Positions 24,861-38,865 of a stretch of 46,793 nucleotides of DNA are shown here, in pieces. The position numbers and the translations under genes were made by a program. Below the pieces are notes generated by a model. The model did not search any database and was not told the DNA's origin. It worked only from the letters and a program-made list of their open reading frames with translations. Within the stretch, counting starts at the first letter, position 1. Each line of letters opens with the position of its first letter. Origin of the DNA: Octopus bimaculoides (lineage: Eukaryota). The DNA lies in NCBI RefSeq assembly GCF_001194135.2, contig NC_068998.1, forward strand, positions 25,496,748 to 25,543,540, given 5' to 3'.

Positions 24861-25769
24861 TATACTTCAAATCGAATTGTTGAGCAATGGATTCATAAGC
24901 TGTTTACTACACGTATAACTTGTTTTATGAAACCTAACATATCCTGTTGCGAGAAACATACATCGGTAGTCTTCCACGCTTAGCTAATGTTCTTCTACAA
25001 ACACTGAACAACAAATTTGAGTCCTACCAAATAAAGAAATGACCTCTGCAGATGGTCAAATTTTACTTAAATGGCTGGGGCATGGAAAAGTGACTGAGAT
25101 CCCGCAAAGTGTCTAGCTGATGCGATGAACTAAATGTTCTAGCCGGACAGCGGGCTATCAGATGGAATCTCTACTTTTCTGTTTGCACTCTTGTGGGAGA
25201 AAAGTGTTATACATTACTCGCCGTGTGTATTCTCCATTGAAGATAAAGTGATTCATAGACGATCATATCATCTTCATTTCTCTCTGATCGACCTACACTT
25301 TTACTGTCAGTTTATTCTAGCATTTTGCTATGCTACGAATATTTTGCAGTCATTAATAATTTATTTTGATGTGAAATACATTATATCATAGATATGTCGT
25401 TTATTAACGCTTATTGTATCTAGTTTTGATTTATGATATGCGATGGCGTGCTTTGTAATTTTTTCACTTTGTTGTAAAAAACGTATGGTGGTCAAACTTG
25501 AGATTGATGTACATGTAAGGTCAATATATCAGTCAAATTCGGAAACTATAACTTTCACGCTTACAATCAAATTTGCAAATCGCATTGGACATTAGTAAAT
25601 TTTTGCGAGTTTACATGCCTATGGTCCGTTAAGGATATGTACATTTTTAATTTTAGTGTTTTACTAAGCTAGTGTGTGATATGTAGCATCGCATCATTCG
25701 TTTCTCGTCATGATCTATGTTCATCTATTATTGATAAACATGTGCTTCTCGTATTAGATATAATAAATG

Positions 25770-26330
25770 GTTTGTGCGTTTTCCTCGGTGTAGTGCCCAC
25801 ATACTTATTGAGTTGTATTTTCTATCGTTATTTTCTGAAGCTATGTAATATCTTCTAAACGTAAACTTTTGTATTAATTTTACTTAGTTTCATTGTGTAG
25901 TATGTTGTTTATGAAAAAGTATATAACATGGTATGGATTTTCAACACTGGCATTTTAAATCACTGTTAATATTTGTTGTTTCCATGTCAATATACTTATT
26001 TATTTATAATTTGGTGTAAATTGGCATAATCTACGTATTATATTCTATCTGAATGTTCCTGTGTAAAAATGGTGTCTTGGCTAAGATATTTGCTTTCACA
26101 TTCTTCTACATGCTGAATGTTAACAGAGCTGATGGTTGGGTTTTCTTTCGTTTTTTCTTTCAAACTCTTTCTGTTTTATCTCTATCACATGTATATCGTC
26201 CACATATCTGGTATATAACGCGGGGCCATTTATGGCTGTCGCAATTTTCCCTTTTGTCAGAGGATCGATGGACATTTCTGCCTCCGTTTATGAAGTGTTC
26301 ATTTTGAAATTAGAAAGGTTCTTTTCTATT
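25770..26330 (-). mobile_element. Very old Penelope-like RT/GIY-YIG fossil
   Basis: Minus translation gives PALYTRYVDDIHVI (about 26215-26175) and downstream NKYVGTTPRK (about 25810-25780), resembling the RT catalytic and YIG motifs; the rest is too decayed to align by eye. Confidence 0.5.
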
Positions 26331-26754
26331 TCATAGTACATTGATAATTTCATCTGAATATTAACTTTCATAGAATATTAACAAAAATATATTATTGGGT
26401 ATTTGTCGAAATGTTTTAAATAGTGTAGATTACCGTTATGTCTGTATATCTACTTCACTAGTTTCTCCTAAAATCCCAAATTTTTCGGACGATGCCTTAT
26501 TGACGTATGTTAACAAAGTTTCCATAGAATATACATGATATACTATTATTTGTTTCATTTAATATACTATTATTTGTTGCCTTTAATTCGTCATTTACTT
26601 TTTTTGCAACATTGGATATTTAATTTACTCTATTACGATTTTATTTTTACTTCAAATGTTTGACTCATAATACGCTAGCCTACAGCATTTGGTGGAATGT
26701 ATAATAAATTAGATACTGATTTTAATCTTTAACAGTCTCATTATATTAGTTTCA

Positions 26755-26970
26755 AATTTTGGCACACCAGAAAGATCTAAGTTTGAGAATGAGTGAGTAA
26801 ATCAGTTACATCGACCTCAGTGCTCAACTAGTACTTATTTTATCGACCCCAAAAGTATAAGAAACAAAGTCGACCACAGCGTAATTTGAATTCAGAATGT
26901 ACAGACAAACGAAATGCCACTCAGCACTTTGACCGGCGTGCTAGCGATTATATCAGCTCACTGCCTTTAA
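26755..26970 (-). mobile_element. tRNA-derived SINE (GTCGAC..GTCGATAAA family)
   Basis: Reverse complement has GGCAGTGAGCTG head, GTGGTCGACTTTG and GGGGTCGATAAAATAAGTACTAGTTGAGCACTG. Confidence 0.9.
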
Positions 26971-27958
26971 CATTTGCATTATGTTGAATATATATGTAAA
27001 ACAAATACAAACTAATGCAACACACAATATTGGTAAGCGAGTTGGGCTCTGAACCAACAAAATATAACAGTTAAATATAATTCAAACATGATATAATCTT
27101 GTAAATAAAAGTCATATAACATGACGCAATGATAACTATGCAAAAACTCACAAAGTCAGACTGGGATTCTTTTGCTTTTAATTGTGTTCAACCAATAGTA
27201 GAAACTAGTGAAGGGTACCGTATTCATAGAATCTTGACGGTGGGATAGATTCAATTGCGATATTTAGGCAGGTACTTTTATGTTCTAAGTTGAAATATAT
27301 CAGCCCAGTAATTGGGACATAATTTTTTCTAAGTGCTATATTTATGTACAACTTCCCTTACAATAGCATTCATATTCTCATGTAGTCGATGAGAAGTTAG
27401 TATGCATCGATGCAGTCTGCACGCATTTTTAGCAGAGAAATGGCGGTCAAATCGCGTGATTTTGCATTAAGTAGAAAAGCTGACTTAACAACTTTCGTTT
27501 CAATAAAAATTGGGTTATTCACGTGTTAAGCATTAAGAACAAATATTCATAATTCATAAAATAAACATATGTCAATTGTAAAGGCATTCATTTGCTTATA
27601 TTCGCATACTTTTGTTTGTTTTTTATTTCGTAAAATTTAAGATTCTCGTGTACATACTTAAACATCTTAATTTTTTCGTAAAATTCATTGCGTCTATACA
27701 ATTTCGGGTGACGATATGTAATGTGGTTTCAGTGAGATTAAAACTAAATATCTCTGATTCTGTGTTTAGAATCACGTCCTGATTATATTTCGATAAAATG
27801 AATGACCAGCTCCTCGAACCGATTTCTGTCGCCATATAAATTATGAACTTCCTTCACCCAGAAATATAGGCAGGTATATACCAGCCTATATTTGCCTATA
27901 TTGCAAATATTGCAGTTGACAGCGAAATACATTAAAGAAATGTTGGGCAAAATCTCAC

Positions 27959-28103
27959 CAAATCGTATTTCTGGAGATTCCAGAAGATCTTCTCTGGGTT
28001 ATAGAACGATGGAGTAATGAATCCCTGAGTAGCTCATTTTGCCCTATGAAATGTACTCTCATTAGCTTGTTCTTGTTTGAACTTTGTTTACTTCGTACCA
28101 TTT
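27959..28103 (-). CDS. Candidate internal exon, unknown product
   Basis: ttatcctttacag|AA...TG|gtgaga, 145 nt, phase 1-2, single open frame MVRSKQSSNKNKLMRVHFIGQNELLRDSLLHRSITQRRSSGISRNTI. Confidence 0.25.
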
Positions 28104-28116
28104 CTGTAAAGGATAA

Positions 28117-29730
28117 CACTGGGAAACAAGATTTTTGTTGAGTTAGATCTAACACTCGTTTTTGACTAACGTTTGACATCTTAATCCCAAAATTACCCCA
28201 ATCTTCTGTATCACGTTAACTCTTTGAGCTACAGGATACCCTTCCTTTGTCTCTCAGAAGTCACAAAATATTGCACCCAACAAATTTGTACTTATTTAAT
28301 AGAATGCTTTTAAAAATTTACATAGAAATTTACATAAATTGTAATGTTTGTAGAAATTTATTTTGTTTACACAAAGCATATTGTTACTGTGACTTAAATT
28401 GTGTGCAAGTAGTTAAGGATACATGTTTGTTCACTTATAGCTTTTTCTGGAGATTTCAAACTGTGGACAATTTAACTTTCTGTTTCAACGTTAGTCAGCC
28501 ATCATATTTACATGGCATTTACCCTGATAATTTTCCTTCATGGCTTCTTATGCAGAGGTGGGAATATAATCTTCGTTTATGTCAACAATTGACACATTAA
28601 ATTTTGGGATCACCAAGTTTGAGGTGAGGTCTTGTCGATCAATTTCTCTACAACCAATGCATCTCTCGAGCTCTGCTGGTTGAAGTGTACTAGAAGCAGT
28701 GTAAGCGTATCTGCATTGCTGACCAAGAAGGAAGCATAAAATTTAAAGATCCTCACATATGGTCCAATTGTGTTTAGGATAGTGCAACAACTCATTGACT
28801 CACATTCTGTGTCCACCTTCTTTACGAACACAAACTGCAGCATAGAAACAGCTTTGAGCTATTGTCGAACAATCCTCATTCATTTGACTCGTGGATCAGA
28901 ATTGTTAATTACTTCAGTGAATGCTGCATATTATGGCAATACGCAAACCTAGTGTAACTTCGAAAGTACTGCAGAAATGTTTTTTTTTACTAGATCGAAA
29001 ATAAAATACTTTCGACACTTTTGCAAGCACTTATTCAGTCTTCATGCTAAGATTTCGGAAGCCACTTTAAATCGTCCCAAATCTCGTACTAAATCATTCA
29101 AATTATGCCGATCGGATCCCTGAAAATGTGTGTCATCTTCAATTACAAAATCTGCATCATTTCTGTCATTTAGTTCTTAATCGTGGTTCACATTTTCAAG
29201 AGAGGGTAGTTGAACGCAAACTGGCGCTAGGATTTCAGCAGAATGAGGCAGTGGATATATAATTGATAATAGACGAGGATCATCGATCTTATATTTTCTA
29301 GTTATATTGTAAAGTTTCACTAAACAGTCTTTGCAATGAGCTTTTGGTTTTGGTTATCACCTGATCACAGGTATACCACATGCCAACTTATCACGTGTTC
29401 CCGTGGTCCTCATCTGTAAACTCTCGACATATCGTTTGCATACAGTGTGAGGGGCCCACGATTTGTCTTGGTATCAACTTTTACTTTAAAATATCCAGGA
29501 TAAATTGGCTTCAGAGATGTGCAGATATTTGACCTTCAACAGGTAATGGTGAAACTGCATCAGATATAGCAAAACAAATAGGGATTGCTTAAGCACGCAC
29601 AATAAACTGTAGCAGAAGGGGACAAAATCTGAAAAAAATGAAAAAAGTATCGGAATAAACATTAAGTTGAATAGCCACAAGCTTCCTAAAATGAAACATT
29701 AATGCTTACATAAGATCTGCTAACCCATTG
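28117..29730 (-). mobile_element. Internally deleted Chapaev3-like DNA transposon
   Basis: Transposase motifs in order: NPYLFCYI*C, YFKVKV..QDKSWAPHTVCK, HNWTICEDL*ILCFLLGQQ, KIIFPPLH, (deletion) YQGKCHVNMMAD. Terminus CACTGGGAAACAA at 28117; degenerate opposite end CAATGGGTTAGCAG at 29730. Confidence 0.85.
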
Positions 29731-30169
29731 CATACAAACTTTTATGTACTATTTGCAGAATACGACAATAATCACCTCCATGGAGCGATCACAGGGGCCT
29801 GTAGCCACTCTCCCAGATTAACCTGTGTCTTCCACATGAATAGGCATAGATATACATCCAAGTATGAATATACATACATATACATTCATACAAATATACC
29901 AGGCATATATGCATACAAATACTCCATATGAGAAAAGAACAGCGTAGAAGCTTAGGTTTCAGATTCCAGGACAGAACCACTCCACACTTTAAACAAACGG
30001 ATCGTTCACTTGCCAACTTTTCTCCACTACACAAATCTGTTGCTTGACCTTCTAACTTAGAATCCTCTCTACTGCACTGCTTGTCACTTCCATATCTTGG
30101 TCGCAAACATGTAATTTCATGCACCGTATCACCAAGTGAGCTTCCAACCTCCAACTTGAAGCCGGAAAT

Positions 30170-30536
30170 TGACGCTTAAGGATTTAGGATCAGATGAGAC
30201 ACCTGACTGGTCAATTATTGTGGTTTATTTTTAGGAGGAAGATTTGACATAGCGTCGAGATTTGAAAAGGTGCCTTGATTTTCAAAAGTCAGCATAAAGT
30301 CACCAGGTCTGAAATATTCTCTTGATCAATAAAATGATTAAAGCAATCAGCTGACCAATACTCCTACTTACTAGTGAACAATATTGTTGTGCCTATCCAG
30401 AGAGTAACCGGTAGAAAAAATCTTGCCATGATAGAAGAAAACTGACCGTAGATTTAAAATCGGCATGCTAATTTTAGTCTAAATCACGTGCAAAATTGAA
30501 CTCAACCGAAATTATGTACAAAATTGTTCCCCAGTG
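30170..30536 (+). mobile_element. 3' end of a second Chapaev3-like copy in opposite orientation
   Basis: Ends CTCAACCGAAATT..AAAATTGTTCCCCAGTG, matching the 3' terminus of the 28117 copy (CTCAAC..TTGTTTCCCAGTG); weak R*DT*LVNYC similarity to the transposase C-terminus. Confidence 0.65.
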
Positions 30537-33413
30537 TAATCACCTTGATGTTATAATACAGAGATACATACAGGCATACGTTTCGCTATATAGCAAAACC
30601 TCTTTGTATATAATTGCCAGTTTTGTTCTGTTTATAATTACGCATTGTATGGCCTAGAATATACTATGCATCATGTCAAATATGGTTTTAAATAAAATTA
30701 ATTCACTTCCACATATGAAAATATAACTGAAATAAGAAATATACGAAGAGAATTATTATTTGTTGTTGGGTTATTTATGTCAGAGTACGCAAACGTTTTT
30801 CCCTTTCTCACCTTCTACATAATTACATTGACCAAACCAAAATATGGGTTTGAGTACATATATTTATGTGTGAGTATACAAATATGTACATACATTCATA
30901 TTTATATACTTATATATAAATAGATAGCTAGGTAAATGTGTATATATATGCACATATGCATTGTACATGTATACGAACATGGTTATAATCAAGGCTGTGT
31001 TATCCTGAATTACATCTGCATATTTCATTACTTTAAAATTGTATGCAGATGTTATAATTGTTGGATGTATTCCTAAGAGTTCAGCATTATTGGAAAATAT
31101 TTTTGGCAGAGTAATTTCATAAAAAAAAAGGTAATTGGAGAAAATTTTTAGTATTATTTATTCACCAGATGCTAATAGGAGTTACAAAATCATAAACGAA
31201 GGAGATGTCTCCCATATTTATCCTACATCGCTCACTTCATCGATGTAGACAACACCGTCTCCAACTACTATCACGGCAGTGAACATTACTACGACCATCT
31301 ACAACTACCACGCCATTCACCACCATCAACAGCTGCCTTCACCACCACTGCTCCCAACGTACAGCCAGCCTTCGAACACTGCCCCCGATGTGACCTCTTA
31401 GGCACCAACAGCACCAGCGTTTGGGAAGTGGCTGCTACTAGCACATGCATCGGACTGATATGGGGTCACAGTTTATCCGGTTATCCAGTATGGCAGTATC
31501 TATGTAAGCACACCTCTCTCTGACTGTATGTTTCTGAAAATAGGCCTTTAGCACTGATACAGTTCTATTGTAATTTATATGCTTCGTAATTATTTTCATA
31601 CTTGTCTGCCAAGTGACTTTATATCAGGCCGTACATTGAAGCTGAAAGAATTACACACATCGTAGCCATTTAAAAAAAACAAAAATGTTTGCAAACTACT
31701 CTTAATGAATTGGTGTCAAAGTGTTTGTCACTCTCTATCAGTAAACTTGAAACTGATATGATACTTAGCCACCAGGTTGTTTGGAATATAATTGTTTTAC
31801 CACCTATTTTTGTCAATCGTTCTGGTTGTCACCATCTGGTAGATTGTCAATTTATATGAAATTTATGTAATCTCTCTTCCATTGTCTGTCTCAAAGGAAC
31901 ACTTATGACATTAGTCTTGCAGAATCGTAAATTCATGATTTGAAAGAAGAGAATCTATCGGTCTGTGACAACATATAAATAAAAACGTATAAAATGCTAG
32001 GGGTGGTATGAACGTCAGCGACAACAAAAATCATAATAGTAGACATACAATGTCATCGTAGCAGCAGTAGTAGTAAATACAGGAAATTTTCATATTGAAC
32101 TGAATGAACATTCTAAAACCAAGAATCTTCTTAATAGAATAAACAAAAGACGCTCAAAACGGTAAAATACTAATAATAACAGAACAATAATGAAGTCCAG
32201 CGAGTGGATTGTGTGATATTGACCACGGAAGATTTAAGAACATTGACTTGTAAGAATAGAGGTATCTGGGCATACTGTAAGTAACCGGCCTGATGGGAAA
32301 GCAAATGAAGGTGTTTTCTTAGGACTATTAGTGCAAGCGACAAAGGCAGACTTTTAATACAAATAAAGTCAATTTCAGTAATAGCCCCATGGAAAATACT
32401 GGTTGTACTATAATGTGTAAACCTCAAGTGTGATGTTGTTTAATATATTAGAACCGTGTGTAGTTCAAAGAATAAAGAGATATACCTCAGACAACGAAAA
32501 TGCTTAATGTAAAATGTCATACACAATGTGAAACAGAAAAAAACCTATAGTTAGTGAAATTCTTACAAGGAATGAAGTTAGAATTAAAAGTCCTTACTTG
32601 AATCATTTAGAATGGAGCAAATGTGGAATAGTATAATCTTAACCAATTACACCTGACAATTCAAAGAACGATGTCTGGGCAGCTCCGATATTATCCCGTC
32701 AGTCCAAGAGCATATAACGTGAAAAATAAGTGAAACAATGTCAACTAATAAGTTTTGGAAATGCTCACGTTAGGAAAATAATGGAATAAAGAGGATAACG
32801 GAGATATTATGATACATTACCATTACAAGTAACCTCAAGAAAATTAGAACTCGAATGTAGTGATCTTTGATGACATGACTGTACGGTCTAAAGTGTAGCA
32901 ATATGTAATTTAAATTGATAAAATCCTAAGCAACATTAAGCTATGTATAACGTAGAATAAATACAAAATATTTACGCTCCTTTACGTATTTGGTACGACA
33001 TAGTTTGTTACTTAATTAGGCTTATGCTTAATGTATCAACGTATTTAAGATAAATAGTAAGAAAGCAAATTCTCATGCTATTTGTATACTCAAATATAGA
33101 TGAAGACGAAGAGACACACTTAATATGTGATATAAAAAAATTCCCAAATAAAATACAATATGAGAAAACATAATATCCGCTAGAAAATAATTACATGATA
33201 TATACTGTATAATTATGAATCTTTCACAAATACATACATACAGGCATACATACATATAGACACACATCGACACGCATTATATAATATATTTATGCACACG
33301 TGCGCACACACACACACACACATACNNNNNNNNNNNNNNNNNNNNNNNNNNNNNNNNNNNNNNNNNNNNNNNNNNNNNNNNNNNNNNNNNNNNNNNNNNN
33401 NNNNNNNNACACA

Positions 33414-33444
<31 letters not shown>

Positions 33445-33447
<3 letters not shown>

Positions 33448-35095
33448 ATTTCATATCAAGATCTGTGACAACTTCCTCTCTGTTTTCAGACTTGAATCTT
33501 TCTTTCTTTGCTATAGCTATCATCACTTTTAAGAATTGCCAATTTTTTCAGAGTAGTCAGACTTGTTCATCACCACAGTAGCATTTCCCTGAAAACAGAG
33601 AGGAACTTGTCATAGATCTTGAAAAAGAACAAGGATCCCTTTACACCAATGAAGCACAAAAAACTAAATCAACGCTACAGTAAAGTATCACACATATACG
33701 GTCTCCCTAAGATCCACAAGGATGTTATTCCATTAAGACCTATAATGAGCTGTAGAGGTTCAGCATGTCATCCATTGAGCCGCTTCCTTGTGGATATAAT
33801 CAGTCAATTAGCAGGAACGTCAACATCGTAGTGAAGAATTCCACCCTCTACACAGAATTGATCAAGGATACCTCCATTGAATCCAACCAGACGGTGAGTC
33901 TAGGTGTGATCAATCTGTTCACGAAAGTCCCAACTTGTGAAGCACTATCGGCGATTAAAAAAAAAAACTCGTGACAGACACCTATCTAAAAGAACGCACT
34001 AGTATACCAATAAGAAACCTAAGGGAAATGTTGACCTTCTGTGTAGAAAGTACCTACTTCAGTATCTACACAGATGTTTTAGCTATGGGTTCACTATTAT
34101 CACCGATAATAGCCAATATATACATAGAATACTTCGAGAATTTGGCTTTAGGATCAACAATAGTAAAACCACTACTATGACTGCAATATATTGGTGACNN
34201 NNNNNNNNNNNNNNNNNNNNNNNNNNNNNNNNNNNNNNNNNNNNNNNNNNNNNNNNNNNNNNNNNNNNNNNNNNNNNNNNNNNNNNNNNNNNNNNNNNNN
34301 NNNNNNNNNNNNNNNNNNNNNNNNNNNNNNNNNNNNNNNNNNNNNNNNNNNNNNNNNNNNNNNNNNNNNNNNNNNNNNNNNNNNNNNNNNNNNNNNNNNN
34401 NNNNNNNNNNNNNNNNNNNNNNNNNNNNNNNNNNNNNNNNNNNNNNNNNNNNNNNNNNNNNNNNNNNNNNNNNNNNNNNNNNNNNNNNNNNNNNNNNNNN
34501 NNNNNNNNNNNNNNNNNNNNNNNNNNNNNNNNNNNNNNNNNNNNNNNNNNNNNNNNNNNNNNNNNNNNNNNNNNNNNNNNNNNNNNNNNNNNNNNNNNNN
34601 NNNNNNNNNNNNNNNNNNNNNNNNNNNNNNNNNNNNNNNNNNNNNNNNNNNNNNNNNNNNNNNNNNNNNNNNNNNNNNNNNNNNNNNNNNNNNNNNNNNN
34701 NNNNNNNNNNNNNNNNNNNNNNNNNNNNNNNNNNGATGAAACCAATAAACTGGCCACAGTCTGTCTACCCTATGTGAAAGGCCTCTCGGAGAAGATACAA
34801 AAGATACGCGGTCCATATGACATCAGGACAGTATTCAAAAGTAATACAACACTTCACAAATATCTCCTTCGAGTAAAACCACCAATAGAAGAGAATATGA
34901 CCAAACACTGCCTATACTCCATCCCATGCAGCTGTGGTAGGTTATACAAGGGGAAAACATACCACCCCCTCAAAATAAGGGTAGACAAACATCGCGAAGC
35001 TGTGACACAAGGAAATGTTGATAAATCGGGTGTAGCTGGTTATGTATGGAAAAATGGAGACAACCTCCCCCTGTGGGATGAAGTTAAAATAATAT
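33445..35095 (+). mobile_element. Penelope/Poseidon-type retroelement with inverted 5' segment; central part in an N gap
   Basis: HIYGLPKIHKDVIPLRPIMS, VINLFTKVP, LAMGSLLSPIIANIY before the 34199-34734 gap; LPYVKGLSEKI, LYSIPCSCGRLYKGKT..RVDKH (GIY-YIG) after it. 33445-33590 carries GNATVVMNKSDY on the minus strand. Confidence 0.92.
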
Positions 35096-35269
35096 CATGA
35101 TCTTAAAATCTTTCGGCATTGTTAAAAGCTTTCCTAAGTTCTCATTTATTTATTGCGTTGCTACTGTACTTCAATGCTTCAAGATAACTACAACACTTTC
35201 CACACTCTCTCTCTCTCTCTCACACACACACACAGATGCGCACACACTCACACGGACAAACACACACGC

Positions 35270-35313
<44 letters not shown>

Positions 35314-35781
35314 TCCGTATTTATAGATACACACACACAGAGATGTCGGCTCCCAAACATGCATATGTCTGTGTCTCTGTGTCTGTAATTCTTAGATTGT
35401 TAAACACTGAATAAATAATGTATTTATTAAATGTTCTCTGATTATTTGATCTGCTTTTTTTTTTATATATTTTCAGCTGTATACGTATTTGTGTAAAATA
35501 CCAATTCGAGTGAAAAGATAATAAAAAAAAGAAATGAAATATTTAAATGGTAACATTTGTAAAGTAATTATAGACTTTTAAAAATAATTTTGATTGTTTA
35601 TTTAGAATCGTTAAATTTTTACGTTTGTTTGTTTTTATATAGGTTTCAGTAAATTAATTTTTTAAGTAACCTTCTTTTTTTTTACAGCAAATATATAAAC
35701 GAAAACAGATTGTAGCATTGTCAATTTGATATACATTACTATTCACCGTTGATGATTTCTAGAAGGAAATTTGTCTCTGTC

Positions 35782-35826
<45 letters not shown>

Positions 35827-38408
35827 TTGTACATTCATAATTGATATTATGCGTTAATTTATAAGTCTGAAATGCAATGGATAAATTTTGGATTCATAGT
35901 TCGATCGCATTAATCGATCGGCTGAGTAACTAGAAGACAATCATCGTTCTTTATCTTCATAAGAGCCACAAAGGACTGACTGCCAAGAGAAAGAAACATG
36001 ATCCAGATACTATTACTTGGAATCGAGGTCGTCTATTACAAGCAAGCATCTGACCAGTATTACAAAAGCAAAGCAGGGAAGTTGAAAAGTAGCAGCCAGA
36101 ATTTTTAAAAAATTGCACATCTGACCATCTGGAGAGAACTTATGAAGTGTTTCGTCTAGATTGATAATCCCATACTAATCACTACTTAATTTCGTATTTG
36201 AAAATATATATATATATAAGAATATTATAACACGAGGATGGAAGATATTAGGCTTTAATAGCAGACCACATCATTTGATTCTGCTCCGAACACCAGATTT
36301 ATGTCACCGAGTTTACATTCATATAACATTATCTAAGATTATTCTTTAGAATTACTCTATGATTAAATACTTTCTAAGCAACAGCTGAGTGTAGGTGCTT
36401 TTTCGGTTGAAATGCGATGATTTCTTTGTATTTCCTCATATATAGCACGTTTATGACTATCCACTAATTTCATAAGATTCCGGACGAGATATATTGTTGT
36501 AATGACACAAAAAGCAAATACAAAGGTAATATCACAATAGTAGTACCAACAATAATAACAATATCAGAATGAAGGCAACCTTAATGAAGATAATAACAAT
36601 ACCAGATCTAAGTGATAATAAAATAAAAATGAAATGATGGCTTTTTCAAAGCAGGAGACGAAGTGTGGCAATGGGCTAATATCAAATAAATAAGTAAATT
36701 TATATGGGATTGTTTTGATTATTATTCTATATTTTACGATCCAAGACATCTCTTTTGAATTATCTATTATTTTTACTTTCCGGCCATTTGGCTTCAAGTG
36801 ACCTTTATGAATTCCACTGACCATTAACTGCTAGACCATAGGCCCATAGGCTTCCTTCCTTTCCCACATTATATATGTATTTTTGTATTTAGTTACTTTT
36901 GCTTTGGCATTTGAAATACTTTTATCTCACATTATTCCCTTACAAAATCGACCATCTAAGTACTCCTATTCTCCAACCGATAAGCAAGTTAATCCTTAGA
37001 TGTGTATTTATTAAACTACTACGGATCCTTTCTATTTGGCAACCACTTTTCTTCAATTCTAATCCAACTGATTTCAGATTTGGTGTATTGATGTAGTTCT
37101 TGTAAGCTAATTATTGAAATAAAATTCCTTTTCGCGATAAATCAATAAGTAAACAATTAATGGATTTTAAAGTTTGTAAATTTGGGATAATGTTATCCAG
37201 TCGAATGTCATAGATATACAGCTGCCTGTTTCTACAGCGCTGGAACTCTTGTTTTCGAAAAAACACTTCAGTTTATAAACTTATATTTTGCGCTATGGTT
37301 TCCTGCTTGTACAAATCTGTTGATATTTTTGGATGTTTTACGTTGAATTTTCGATAACCACTTCTTGAATATGCTTAAAACTACAAAACATGTGTTGTTT
37401 ACTCGTTTGTTTGACATTTTCGCATATTACCTGCTTAAAACACATGCTATCGTCACAATGTTGTCATTGCTGTTTTGCTATCGTACGGTAGCATTCACGC
37501 ACAAAATTACAGCTTCCAAATCTTGCTTTCTGACTGCGTTAAAGGTATCAAACTTTAAACCTCTGTAACCTATTTTATAATTTGGAGAGGACAAGTTAGT
37601 TAGGCCGACATTCAGCGTGAAAAATTACATCAGTACAGCAAATTTTTAATTTTTCACTTATTTCTAAAATTTCAAAGTGATTCTCCACTACTAAAGAATA
37701 AACCATCTTATTTTAGCTGCACATTCTAGCAAGAACCTAAATTGTTTGTAGATTATTGCTGTTAGGATTTTACACCACGTGTTTAGATTTTTGTAACCAT
37801 TTCAATTCACATAGAAACGACAATCCTGATCTGGTAAATACATTAACTATGAACGCTATATACCTTACCACATGGCAGATATATACTTCCCATAACTATA
37901 GTTTATATTTGATACACTTGGAAACAATAATAATCTTGACTCGTTAGTTCGAGTCATCTCCTAAGGTGATTATAGTCAACATATAGTAATTACTACAATT
38001 CTTTTCCATATACAACTTTTATAAATTTTTACAACGACTTTGGTAAACATGCAAACAAAAATGTCAACTCGTTATTACGAGACAACCTTCTACGCAACAA
38101 CAGGCGTCTTATACAATGCATTACACTTCTTTTAACAGGCATGCAAACAGCAATTCTAACCTAACATTACAAGTCATCCGTTTATGTTAAGGAAGGTTTC
38201 GATATAAATACTTTCAAAGTTATTTGGGATTTCTATTATTATTTTATCAAATACTTTGAATTACTATCTTATTTTAAGGTTACATAAAATGTGTGTTCAT
38301 CAATTAATTTCTCTTTATACAAAATTATTTCTAAAGCTTCTTCCAGGCATAATTTGCATAATTCAGACTGTGCACCATACAGTTTTACGTTCCACACACA
38401 CACACACA

Positions 38409-38445
<37 letters not shown>

Positions 38446-38447
38446 AA

Positions 38448-38487
<40 letters not shown>

Positions 38488-38789
38488 ATATGCAGATATA
38501 AATGTGTGTATGTGTGTGTGTGTGTGTGTGTGTGTTTGTGTAACACGAACACGCAAGTCTCACTCTCATATTTCTCCGACAGTATGACGTACCAAGGAAG
38601 TTATCCGAGTACAGGCCACTAATCAGCACCTGTGCCACCGTTTATCGGCTATTGTGTGAAACGCCTGCTGGATAAACAACCATTTCCAACCGAAAGCGAT
38701 ACAAAACTGTTTAACTTTGCCAGTATAACCACTATTTTTTTTTCGTAGAGATTGTGGCACGAGCAGGCTTCATCATTTTTGCAGGCAAA

Positions 38790-38865
38790 GGGAGCACTGG
38801 AGTGAATTTAATCGACTATACGCCACCCACACGAATTTCAGGCCTGTACCTACAACAGAAACAAT
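38790..38865 (+). mobile_element. SINE 3' fragment
   Basis: AGCACTGGAGTGAATTTAATCGACTA..ATTTCAGGCCTGTACCTA matches the 3' part of the other copies. Confidence 0.6.
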
